From contig CAWJJC010000022.1 of assembly GCA_963843145.1 (NCBI GenBank), positions 160,001 to 224,000 of the forward strand: 64,000 nucleotides of DNA. The letters are read 5' to 3'. Source of the DNA: an uncultured delta proteobacterium (GTDB lineage Bacteria > Desulfobacterota > RBG-13-43-22). How positions within the stretch are numbered: position 1 is the stretch's first letter; every line of letters begins with the position of its first letter. The translations under genes were made by a program, and so were the position numbers. Below, piece by piece: positions 50,337-58,879 of the stretch. The notes under the pieces are model-generated. The model was given only the letters and a program-made list of their open reading frames with translations. It did no database searches and had not been told where the DNA came from.

Positions 50337-52493
50337 TTAAAAGGGCTTGGGATTGGGGGCGGTTTCGTCCGGTTCGGGGGCATATGCGCCGGCAAATCGG
50401 GTTAGGTCGCCGATCACTTGGTCGATGCCCTCAGTGGCGGGCGACAGTCTTTTTACGTGCGCATAGGCTCGCAGGGCCACATCGAACCTCGCAAGTTTGA
50501 TCGCGCAATCGCCCAGTGTGCGGAGCGCTCCAACATCTTGCGGGTCGAGATGCAGGGCGCGGTTCACATAGTCGGTGGCTCGGTTGTAATTTTCCTGATG
50601 CAGGTACAAACTGGCCAGATTGTTAAGTAAGTCTAAATTTTGGGGGTCTATTTTCAAGCCGTTGATGAAAGCGATCTCGGCCTGCTCGGGGCGATTTGCC
50701 ATAAAGTAGCTGTAGCCCAGGTCGTTCGAGAGCGATACCGCCGCTTCACTGGTTTGATCAAGATTGAGTGCCTCAGTCAATAATTGAATCGCCTGTTCCC
50801 AATTGCCGGCCGTTAGTTCAGACTGGACCATTTTTTCCAATCCGCCAATGGGGGCCACCGAATCTTCTGCTTTTTTGCGGGGGATTGTATTGACAATTAA
50901 TGGAATCGATGCGCTGGGAGGTAGCGGGATATAATATTGCGATAAATCTCTTGTGTCAAGAATAAGGGTATAGTTGGCGCCATAGGGTAAATTTTGTGGT
51001 AGTTTCCACTTAGTCTTGAATATTTCCCAATTACGCTCCAGGCTTTGCCGATAATTAATCCCGGCGCCCTTGAATGTTTGACTGCCCGTATGATGAATGA
51101 AGGCGTCCTGCGCAATTCGAGCTTTGAAACCGGCTGCAGTTGCTCGAAAGCAATAATCGTCATCTTCAAAATTTCCGCTGCCAAATTGTTCGTCCAATCC
51201 GCCGATTCGGTCAATAACTTCACGTTTAGCCAGCAAACAGAACCCAACAACCCTCGGAAATTCCATTGTTTGTCCCATATGTTCAACCGACCACTGTTTG
51301 GCAAAGTGGTGCATTTCTTCAAGACTCTTGTAAGAAGCTCCCTTGACTTGCTGTGGACCTGAAACATAATTGGAAACCGGGCCGACGATACCTACTTCTA
51401 AATACTTTTCAAATACCGATAACATACGAACCAGCCAGCCTTCGGTCACGACGGTGTCGTTGTTAAGCAGAAGCAAATAATTTCCATTGGCCAAAGCCAG
51501 GCCTTGATTATTGCCAGCGGCAAACCCCAGATTCTCTTTGTTTTCAATAAGTCTGTAATTAGGATTCTCCCGAATCATTTTTCTTAACCATGTAACCGTG
51601 CCATCCGTGGAGGCATTGTCAACGAAAATGATTTCGTGAGCTTCCGGGGTATGACTCTGGATACTCTTCACACACTTTTTCGTACATTCAAGCTGATTGA
51701 AGGTGAGGATGACGATGGACGTCTTATTCGTTATGTAGGTATGATCAGTCAAGCTGTCCCTGAGCACAGGGGGCAACGCGAGGATCGGCTGGTTAACGGC
51801 GTGCCTGTAAGCGGGCGGATGAGTTGGGTGTAGATTTAACAATAAGTTATCAGTATCCCAAGCTTTCCAAACCGATTGAAACCAGTCAGGCCGTATCTCG
51901 TGGGAATGACTGAATGTCGTTATTTTTTTTCTGACTTGTTCATCACTTCTTGCATAGCTCAGGTGATGGCAGAATCCGATTTCCGGCGGAATCATCCCAT
52001 GGCTATTGCTCCCCACATTGCGGTTCTCTTCAAATCTCACCCCGCCGGTTTTTACAAAAACTACCGGTTTGAATGGTTCCCGAGGTTCTATTTTAAACAA
52101 GGGAGATTTCCAATAGGTATCCCATGTCATATGCCAGCATTCTATTTCTGGATGCTTTCTGACAAAGATCATCATGTTTCTTAGCTGGACAGAATCGTAA
52201 ATCTCATCAGCATCCACGACAAAGCAATAATCAAGTCCCTCCTTTTCAATAAGTTGGAGTCCGGCATTGCGTTGATCGGCCTCGTTGTCCCATGTGCCAT
52301 GGATGATTTGTATTTTTCTGTCGGTATCAGGGTAGTCTTGAATACACCTTAAGGTGCTGGTGTTATCCGAACGGTTACCATGCCAAGGTTTGTCCCCGAT
52401 CAAGAAAAATATCTTATCACAACAGCTATAAACCGAAGAGAGTGATTGATGGAGCCAAGTATCATCATCATAAACACAATAGACAGACTGCAA
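50337..52493 (-). CDS. Multidomain glycosyltransferase (GT-A-like, GT2, TPR); probably the 3' part of a frameshifted gene
   Basis: VDADE, TSIVILTFN, VDNASTDG, LLNND, GNFEDDD and TPRs; no convincing ribosome-binding site of its own. Confidence 0.85.
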   Translation of the reverse strand: MQSVYCVYDDDTWLHQSLSSVYSCCDKIFFLIGDKPWHGNRSDNTSTLRCIQDYPDTDRKIQIIHGTWDNEADQRNAGLQLIEKEGLDYCFVVDADEIYDSVQLRNMMIFVRKHPEIECWHMTWDTYWKSPLFKIEPREPFKPVVFVKTGGVRFEENRNVGSNSHGMIPPEIGFCHHLSYARSDEQVRKKITTFSHSHEIRPDWFQSVWKAWDTDNLLLNLHPTHPPAYRHAVNQPILALPPVLRDSLTDHTYITNKTSIVILTFNQLECTKKCVKSIQSHTPEAHEIIFVDNASTDGTVTWLRKMIRENPNYRLIENKENLGFAAGNNQGLALANGNYLLLLNNDTVVTEGWLVRMLSVFEKYLEVGIVGPVSNYVSGPQQVKGASYKSLEEMHHFAKQWSVEHMGQTMEFPRVVGFCLLAKREVIDRIGGLDEQFGSGNFEDDDYCFRATAAGFKARIAQDAFIHHTGSQTFKGAGINYRQSLERNWEIFKTKWKLPQNLPYGANYTLILDTRDLSQYYIPLPPSASIPLIVNTIPRKKAEDSVAPIGGLEKMVQSELTAGNWEQAIQLLTEALNLDQTSEAAVSLSNDLGYSYFMANRPEQAEIAFINGLKIDPQNLDLLNNLASLYLHQENYNRATDYVNRALHLDPQDVGALRTLGDCAIKLARFDVALRAYAHVKRLSPATEGIDQVIGDLTRFAGAYAPEPDETAPNPKPF

Positions 52494-53643
52494 AAGATTT
52501 CGTTGTTAATGTTATTGGGTCGCTTTCAAATGGCTTTTTTGCCTGTACATTAATGTTTACAGGATTCCTTTCATTCCCCCATTGCAGCGATTCGATATGC
52601 GTAATCTCAAATCCTGCATTTTCAAGCAATTTCTTTACCTTTTTCTTGGTAAATAGATCTTTGTGCAATCCGCCGATTTTATCTGCCTCACCATATTCTC
52701 CATGTGTATAACGCATGGCCTCTTCAAGATCAAAAATCTTTCGGGTATTTCCATTTGTTTGTGCAATATAGGCTTTAATAACTTCATCAAAATCAGGAAT
52801 GGAATCAATTTTAATAACACCGCCTTGCTTTAAAATACGATGCCACTCAGACAAAGCCTTTTCTTGCTCGAATGAGTAAAGGTGCTCAAAAACTGCATTT
52901 AAATAGATTTCATCGATACTGTCATCTTCAAAATAACTTAAGTCCGTAATGTCAAGCTGCAAATCTGCTTCGCATCGGTACAGATCAATATTAATATAAC
53001 CGGGTAGAATTCTCGCTCCGCAGCCTAAATGTAATTTATTTATGTTAGTTTTTGAAATTCTCTTTTTGCCTTCCGCGGATTTGTTGCCTAGATATTCCTT
53101 GCGGGTCCTTTCGTCAGTTATGTACCAGATGGATGTCTTGTTATATAGTTTTACATTTTCGCCGAAAATCTCATCTACTGCTTGTTTAACTTCCTTGGAA
53201 TGAGAATAGTCATGCCCACAAAGCAATCCTCCGGGCCTTAATAGTGGAATGGATAGCTGTATATCCATTTTGACATTTTCATAAAAATGGCTACCATCTA
53301 CAAAAATTAAATCAAAGTCTTTGTTAAGTATCTTGAGAACTTCTTGACTATTTCCAATGACAAGCTCAATTTTCGTGCCCAATAATTCATGTATGTTCTT
53401 TATATAGGTAGTGGCCAGATCTGCGGTGAGAGAGTATTTGCCGAAATCGCCAACAAATGAATCGATATCTAACAAGGAACCTTTTATGTTCTTGCCTATG
53501 ACATAAGAAGACCGACCCTTGTAGCAACCAATCTGCAAAGCATTCTTTGCATTTGCAGCCTGGCTACCTAGAAATGACAGTTCATCTTCGCTCATCCAGC
53601 CATCAATCTTCAGAGCTTCGACTAATCCTAATATATTCAACAT
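52468..53643 (-). CDS. Tandem class I SAM-dependent methyltransferase domains; probably the 5' part of a frameshifted gene
   Basis: IDGWM, IGCYKGRS, IFVDGSH, GHDY (Methyltransf_24-like), then LHLGCG and FEHL; GGAGG before ATG 53643. Confidence 0.85.
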   Translation of the reverse strand: MLNILGLVEALKIDGWMSEDELSFLGSQAANAKNALQIGCYKGRSSYVIGKNIKGSLLDIDSFVGDFGKYSLTADLATTYIKNIHELLGTKIELVIGNSQEVLKILNKDFDLIFVDGSHFYENVKMDIQLSIPLLRPGGLLCGHDYSHSKEVKQAVDEIFGENVKLYNKTSIWYITDERTRKEYLGNKSAEGKKRISKTNINKLHLGCGARILPGYINIDLYRCEADLQLDITDLSYFEDDSIDEIYLNAVFEHLYSFEQEKALSEWHRILKQGGVIKIDSIPDFDEVIKAYIAQTNGNTRKIFDLEEAMRYTHGEYGEADKIGGLHKDLFTKKKVKKLLENAGFEITHIESLQWGNERNPVNINVQAKKPFESDPITLTTKSFAVCLLCL

Positions 53644-53657
53644 ATCAAACCTCCCGC

Positions 53658-53825
53658 GTGAGTAGGCCGGGGAATTCCACCCCCATCCCCTCGCAGAAAG
53701 ATGGGTGAGCCTTCTCGACACACCGCGCCCCATCAAGCAAACATGGCAAGCATCACCTGTTACCAGTGAATAAGAAAATGAGGCTGCCTATTCGCAATAC
53801 CTTCAATAAAAAGCCCGACTCGGTA
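53658..53825 (-). mobile_element. Degenerate 3' remnant of a group II intron (IEP C-terminus, domains V and VI)
   Basis: Minus strand encodes GLFIEGIANRQPHFLIHW*QVMLAMFA*, then TGGGGCGCGGTGTGTCGAGAAGGCTCAC...TTCTGCGAGGGGATGGGGGTGGAATTCCCCGGCCTACTCAC, matching the remembered pattern of class D intron ends. Confidence 0.75.
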
Positions 53826-53879
53826 CTGCGAATTCTGATGAAATCGACTCATAGCCCCGGAATTCTCCGACATTTTCCC

Positions 53880-54124
53880 AGATTTGAAAAACGATTTCAA
53901 ATAAACCCTGAATACGAGGTTCGCACAACCCTCGGAAGCGCTTTAGAGGCATGACCGCCCAGCGGATTCTTCTCCCGTTAACCCCAGACCCACTCCCTGT
54001 TTTCATAGCAATTATTTCTGGTGATGTTGTCCAACACCTTCCGCCAGAACGCCAACCACGACCCTTTGAAACCAGTATGGCCGGTGATCGGGGCGGTCTT
54101 TTCTTTGTAAATGTTATCGAACAA
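53880..54124 (-). pseudogene. rfbG: CDP-glucose 4,6-dehydratase remnant
   Basis: ITGHTGFKGSWL joined almost directly to NIT..CYENREWVWG*RE..PLGGH, then after a frameshift SAS.GCA.LV...YLKSFF. Confidence 0.85.
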
Positions 54125-54392
54125 TATTCATTCCGCCTGATTGATTACCCTGTACAAAAGGCTTTCCGTCATAATTACAGCTCAAACGCCTCAGTATAAC
54201 AAAAGACCCCGCTATAAAAGTAACGCAAGGTCTTGCTTTAGTACAGCAATATTGATGCCACTTCATATTGCAACTCCAAGGATTGATCATAGACACCTTT
54301 AAAGACATCTTGAATTCGTTGAAGTGCTATCCATAAGATCTCCCGATCATTGACCTGCCCAAGGAGACAACAAATTAAACAACCTACATATT

Positions 54393-54593
54393 TTAGGCCT
54401 CCAGGTATTCCTGAGGATCATTTTTCCGACCAGGTTGGCAATTTCTTCCGAAGCCGTGCTCACAGGTCAAATCGATGACATATACGCCTTCCTCCCAGGG
54501 CCAAACAGACCCGGGCATAAACTCCGGCTAGTAAAAATCTCCGCCTTCGATGTTTGGAGGGGTCTCGATCTGGGCGATGAGCATAGGTTCCAT
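54393..54593 (-). pseudogene. Interrupted ORF directly after a sigma54 promoter
   Basis: MEPMLIAQIETPPNIEGGDFY then TAG at codon 22, frame continuing EEGVYVIDLTCEH to TAA; family not identified. Confidence 0.4.
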
Positions 54594-54609
54594 ATCTAGA
54601 GGTAATTTA

Positions 54610-54625
54610 TGCAAAAAACTTGCCT
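54610..54625 (-). promoter_or_regulatory. sigma54 promoter at the head of the glycosylation island
   Basis: Minus strand AGGCAAGTTTTTTGCA, GG-N10-GC. Confidence 0.6.
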
Positions 54626-54893
54626 GGATAGCTGGGGAGAGTTTTTTATTGCCGCGGACACCCGCGGACCCTAACGGGAAAAAATAACTTCACCGCAAAG
54701 GCGCGAAGAACGCAAAGGAAAGATTGCCATTTCTTCTTTTTCGAAAAGACACGAAAAAATAAAAAGTTCCGTCGTTTCGCCAATGTTAGGTGCAGCCCGA
54801 TGGGTTTGGTGGTTAGGGTGAAGGCAGGTCGAATACCCTGCGGGGCCGGGGCCTCAGGACAAGAAGTTTTTAGAGCAGAGGGAATGTTTTTAG

Positions 54894-54909
54894 TGTCAAT
54901 TATTTGACA
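54894..54909. promoter_or_regulatory. Palindrome resembling a sigma54 activator (FleQ-like) site
   Basis: TGTCAA-TTAT-TTGACA, about 270 bp upstream of the sigma54 promoter at 54610-54625. Confidence 0.45.
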
Positions 54910-55166
54910 TAATATGGAAATAGTTTTTGTAGGCTTTGGTCACCCTGTTTCTTTTCAATCCCACGCTTCAGCTTTACCCTTGCCTTTAGATAAAGCCCGG
55001 GGCAAACCCTTTCGCTCCTCGGCAATTTGCCTGGCCAGATAAATTTTCGCCAGACTCAATAAATATTTTCTCCTCAATGTTTTTGATTGGCCTTTCGTTG
55101 GATGTGGAGAGAACAGTATCCCTCGCCTATCTGTCCGGGGAAGCCGCCGGACCTGGACTTGTCGCT

Positions 55167-55203
55167 AATTCCCATTGACCCATTATGGGAATTGTAATAT
55201 AGT
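55167..55203 (+). promoter_or_regulatory. sigma70 promoter with inverted-repeat operator
   Basis: TTGACC-N17-TATAGT; AATTCCCAT-N9-ATGGGAATT straddles the -35. Confidence 0.75.
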
Positions 55204-55233
55204 TAGGGTCAATAAAGCAAGGAGGCTGGGAGT

Positions 55234-55512
55234 ATGCAAAATAATATCAATATAAACGACGAGTTCCAGGAGATCGGGACAAAAACAATGGATGAACGAA
55301 ACCGGCTCACTTTGGGGGAACTTTTCAAGGGCTATAAAAGAATTCGTTTGTTTAAGAACGACCGGGGCGAAGTTCTGTTGCAACCGATCGTGGAGATCCC
55401 GGCCTCAGAGCTATGGCTGTACCGAAATAAGGAGGCTTTTCAGAGTGTTCAAAGGGGGGTAGAGGACGCTGCTGAGGGGAAAATAACCAAACTTAACCTC
55501 GACGAGCTTTAG
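55234..55512 (+). CDS. AbrB/MraZ-like putative antitoxin
   Basis: TMDERNRLTL swapped-hairpin motif, GEVLLQP, acidic tail SVQRGVEDAAEGK; AGGAGG Shine-Dalgarno. Confidence 0.65.
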   Translation: MQNNININDEFQEIGTKTMDERNRLTLGELFKGYKRIRLFKNDRGEVLLQPIVEIPASELWLYRNKEAFQSVQRGVEDAAEGKITKLNLDEL

Positions 55513-55521
55513 GGATCCCAA

Positions 55522-55815
55522 TTGTTTGATTTATTTCTCACCAATGAGGCTGGAAATCAATTAAACGGGCTTAAAAACGATAAAGGCCTGGAAAAAAGAT
55601 ACAATGCCGTCAAAAAAGCCTTCCGGTTTCTTTCTGCGAATCCACGACACCAAGGTCTTAATACCCATGAGTTTACCGGATTGCAAGGACCAGGAGGGGA
55701 GAAAGTATTTGAGGCTTACGCTGAACAATCTACTCCGGCAGCCTACCGAATTTTTTGGTATTACGGCCCCGCCAAAAACCAAATTACCATCCTAGCCATC
55801 ACCCCGCATCCGTAA
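55522..55815 (+). CDS. RelE/ParE-like putative toxin
   Basis: 97 aa; LSANPRHQGLNTH, AYRIFWYY, ITILAITPHP resemble the RelE fold; 9 bp after the partner gene. Confidence 0.62.
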   Translation: MFDLFLTNEAGNQLNGLKNDKGLEKRYNAVKKAFRFLSANPRHQGLNTHEFTGLQGPGGEKVFEAYAEQSTPAAYRIFWYYGPAKNQITILAITPHP

Positions 55816-55862
55816 GCTGATTTTTTCATTATCGGAAATCAGTCAGAGGATGGGAGAGTACG

Positions 55863-56108
55863 TTACGACAGGACTAATTTGATCCCCTCGGTGTTTCGCT
55901 CAATTTTGTCTCCCACGGAGGTGAAACAGGCGGCACAGAGGTATTCGTATTTATCCCCTTCGGGGAGAACCAGGAGCAGCCGTTTCTTGACCGGCATGGC
56001 CTGTCGGCACTTCGGACAATAGAGGGCGCTGGCCTCAAACTGATCAAACTGGGCCTGTCTGCGGACGGGCCGTAAAGGAGGATTGAAGTAGGGATTGGGT
56101 TTTTTCAT
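55863..56108 (-). CDS. Small zinc-ribbon protein of unknown function
   Basis: CPKC-X21-CAAC; has its own sigma70 promoter. Confidence 0.75.
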   Translation of the reverse strand: MKKPNPYFNPPLRPVRRQAQFDQFEASALYCPKCRQAMPVKKRLLLVLPEGDKYEYLCAACFTSVGDKIERNTEGIKLVLS

Positions 56109-56150
56109 CTATCGTTTGTCCTAGGTCCGGTACGATCAAAAATTAAGACT

Positions 56151-56259
56151 ATATTAAGGCGGTTACCTGTACTTGTCAAGTCCTGTGGGAAGTCTTCCTC
56201 CGGATCGCCGGGGCCCGTTTGGGTTTTGAGTTGCAATTGAGGACGAAATTGAATATAAC
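56151..56259. promoter_or_regulatory. Divergent sigma70 promoters
   Basis: Minus strand TTGACA-N17-TAATAT (56179-56151); plus strand TTGCAA-N17-TATAAC (56231-56259). Confidence 0.6.
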
Positions 56260-56329
56260 CTAACCATACGGAAACAGATTTGAAAATCCGATTCCAGGCC
56301 TAATAATCGAATCACGGAGGAAAGGTCCT

Positions 56330-56731
56330 ATGAAGATCAAACGGATTGCCCATATCGGAGTGGCCGTGAAGGACGCCGACGCATCCAAGCTCTTTTACCA
56401 GGAGATGCTTACCCTCCCGGTGGATCGGGAGGAACGGCTGGGAGAATTGAAAATTGCCTTTGTCCCGGTGGGACAGACCAATGTGGAATTGGTTCAATCC
56501 ACCGACCCGGAAGGGGTCATGAATAAATTTATCGATAAGCGCGGGGAAGGGATCCACCATATCGCCTTTGAGGTGGAGGACATCGACCAGGCTCTTGAGG
56601 AATTAAAGGCCAAAGGGGTCACCCTGATTGACCAGCAGGCCCGGTCGGGGGCCCACGAGGCCCGAATCGCCTTCCTGCATCCCAAAGGGACTTACGGAGT
56701 GTTGATTGAACTGGTTCAATATACCCATTAG
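56330..56731 (+). CDS. mce: Methylmalonyl-CoA epimerase (VOC family)
   Basis: HIGVAV, VELVQ, KRGEGIHHIAFEV, AFLHPK, GVLIELVQ. Confidence 0.88.
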   Translation: MKIKRIAHIGVAVKDADASKLFYQEMLTLPVDREERLGELKIAFVPVGQTNVELVQSTDPEGVMNKFIDKRGEGIHHIAFEVEDIDQALEELKAKGVTLIDQQARSGAHEARIAFLHPKGTYGVLIELVQYTH

Positions 56732-56850
56732 CTCTGAATTCGAAACCCGAAACAAATACGAATTTCAGTTTTCGAAATTAACAAAATAAAACCATAGCCA
56801 GAGAAAGATGTAGTTCAGGCAGTATAAAGCGTTTTGGAGGGATTTGATCC

Positions 56851-57696
56851 ATGTGGGATTATACGGAAAAAGTGAAGGAATATTTTGAGAATCCAAAAAA
56901 TATCGGGGAGGTGGAAAACCCCGACGGGGTGGGCGAGGTGGGTTCCCTGGCCTGCGGTGACGCCCTGAAGCTGACCTTTAAGCTGGACGAACAAAAACGG
57001 ATCCAGGAGGCTAAATTTCAGACTTTCGGCTGCGCCAGCGCCATTGCCTCCTCCTCGGCCTTAACCGAACTGATCCTCGGCAAGACTCTGGAAGAGGCGG
57101 GGAAAATCACCAACAAAGATATCGCCTCCTTTTTAGGCGGTCTGCCGAAAGAGAAGATGCATTGTTCGGTGCTGGGCGAACAGGCCCTGGCCGCAGCCAT
57201 AGCCAACTATCGGGGACAAACGCTTCCGAAGACGGAAGAGGGGGAAATCGTCTGCGAGTGCTTCGGGGTCACGGATAAGGAAATCGAACGGGTGATCCGG
57301 GAAAACGGGCTAAAAACCCGCGAAGAAGTGACCAACTATACCAAGGCCGGAGGCGGTTGCGAATCCTGCCATGAGAAGATTGAAGCCCTTCTGGCCCGAA
57401 TCCTGAAAGAAGACCAAGGCTCCCGGCCGGCGCCGGCAGTCAAAAAAACGGTGTTGACCAATATCCAGAAGATGAAACTGATTGAAGAGACCCTGGAAAG
57501 AGAGATTAAACCGGCGTTGAAGGCCGACGGCGGGGATATCGACCTGATCGACATTGACGGCAACAAAGTGCTGGTGGCTTTACGGGGGGCCTGTTCCTCC
57601 TGCCGGGCCGCTGAGGTAACCTTAAAGGATTATGTGGAGTTTAAATTGAAGGAATTCGTGGCCCCGGAGATCATTGTGGAGGAGGTCAAATCGTGA
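56851..57696 (+). CDS. nifU: Three-domain Fe-S scaffold NifU
   Basis: IscU domain (ACGD, FGCASA, KMHCS), BFD-like CECF...GCESC, Nfu domain GACSSC. Confidence 0.95.
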   Translation: MWDYTEKVKEYFENPKNIGEVENPDGVGEVGSLACGDALKLTFKLDEQKRIQEAKFQTFGCASAIASSSALTELILGKTLEEAGKITNKDIASFLGGLPKEKMHCSVLGEQALAAAIANYRGQTLPKTEEGEIVCECFGVTDKEIERVIRENGLKTREEVTNYTKAGGGCESCHEKIEALLARILKEDQGSRPAPAVKKTVLTNIQKMKLIEETLEREIKPALKADGGDIDLIDIDGNKVLVALRGACSSCRAAEVTLKDYVEFKLKEFVAPEIIVEEVKS

Positions 57697-58865
57697 AGGT
57701 TATTTATATGGACAATAACGCCACCACCCGGACTGCTCCGGAGGTGGTGGAGGCCATGTTGCCTTTTTTTTCCACCCTTTATGGGAACCCTTCCAGCATG
57801 CACTTTTTCGGCGGCCAGGTAGCTAAAAATGTTCAGCAGGCCCGGGAACAGACGGCCGCCTTGATCGGGGCCGACCCTTCGGAAATTATTTTTACCAGTT
57901 GCGGTACCGAAAGCGATAATGCTTCCCTCTGGGGAACCCTGAATTCCTATCCCCAAAAGAAACACCTGATCACCACCCGGGTGGAGCATCCGGCCGTTTT
58001 GAACCTGGCCACTTATCTATCCAAGAGAGGGTACCGGGTGACTTTGTTGCCGGTGGACCGGGAAGGCCGTTTGGACCTGGACCAACTGGCCGCCGCCATC
58101 ACCGAGGAAACAGCCATTGTCAGCATCATGTGGGCCAATAACGAAACCGGGGTGGTGTTTCCCATCGAGGAAATAGCGGCCCTGGTCAAGTCCAAGGGTT
58201 CGGTGTTCCACACCGACGCCGTCCAGGCCGTGGGCAAGGCGCCCATCAATCTACAAAAGATCCCGATCGACCTTTTGGCCTTTTCCGGCCACAAACTCCA
58301 TGCCCCCAAAGGGATCGGGGTCCTCTATATCCGGAGGGGAACCCGCTTTACCCCTTTTCTGATGGGGGGTCATCAGGAAAAAGGCCGTCGGGGCGGGACG
58401 GAAAATGTCCCCTATATCATCGGCCTGGGCCAGGCCTGCCAATTGGCCCAGGTCCGTTTGATCGATGAAAACCAGCGGGTGCGGAGCCTGCGGGACAAAC
58501 TGGAGCAGGGGATCCTGGATCGAATCCCCCGAGTCCTGATTAACGGCGACCGGATTCTGCGCCTGCCGAACACCGTAAGCGTCAGCTTTGAATACGTGGA
58601 AGGGGAGTCGATCCTTCTGCTGATGAGCAACCTGGGGATCTGCGCCTCTTCCGGTTCGGCCTGCACCTCCGGGTCCCTGGAACCCTCCCATGTCCTGCGG
58701 GCCATGGGGGTTCCTTTTACCGCCGCTCACGGCTCGATTCGTTTCAGCCTGAGCCCTTATAACACTGAGGAAGAAGTGGACTTTGTTTTGGAGCATCTTC
58801 CAAAAATCATTTCCCGTTTGCGGGAGATTTCGCCTTTCTGGAAGAATCGGGAGCCGAAAATCTGA
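57693..58865 (+). CDS. nifS: Cysteine desulfurase NifS/IscS
   Basis: YMDNNATT, HTDAVQ, SGHKLH (PLP lysine), SSGSACTS. Confidence 0.96.
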   Translation: MKVIYMDNNATTRTAPEVVEAMLPFFSTLYGNPSSMHFFGGQVAKNVQQAREQTAALIGADPSEIIFTSCGTESDNASLWGTLNSYPQKKHLITTRVEHPAVLNLATYLSKRGYRVTLLPVDREGRLDLDQLAAAITEETAIVSIMWANNETGVVFPIEEIAALVKSKGSVFHTDAVQAVGKAPINLQKIPIDLLAFSGHKLHAPKGIGVLYIRRGTRFTPFLMGGHQEKGRRGGTENVPYIIGLGQACQLAQVRLIDENQRVRSLRDKLEQGILDRIPRVLINGDRILRLPNTVSVSFEYVEGESILLLMSNLGICASSGSACTSGSLEPSHVLRAMGVPFTAAHGSIRFSLSPYNTEEEVDFVLEHLPKIISRLREISPFWKNREPKI

Positions 58866-58879
58866 AATGAGGAGCGCCT

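Noticed and set aside
54528-54530. In-frame TAG as pyrrolysine readthrough
   Set aside because: It lies among clearly decayed genes and there are no pyl genes in the window; a nonsense mutation is simpler.
54785-54855. GC-rich intergenic stretch as a tRNA or integration-site remnant
   Set aside because: No cloverleaf, no GTTCRA T-loop and no CCA end.
56732-56790. CGAAA-rich degenerate short repeats after mce
   Set aside because: Too short and irregular to define a unit, and there is no CRISPR-like repeat-spacer structure here or elsewhere in the window.
56851-58865. nifU-nifS as evidence of nitrogen fixation
   Set aside because: There is no nifHDK; NIF-type systems serve housekeeping Fe-S assembly in many anaerobes.
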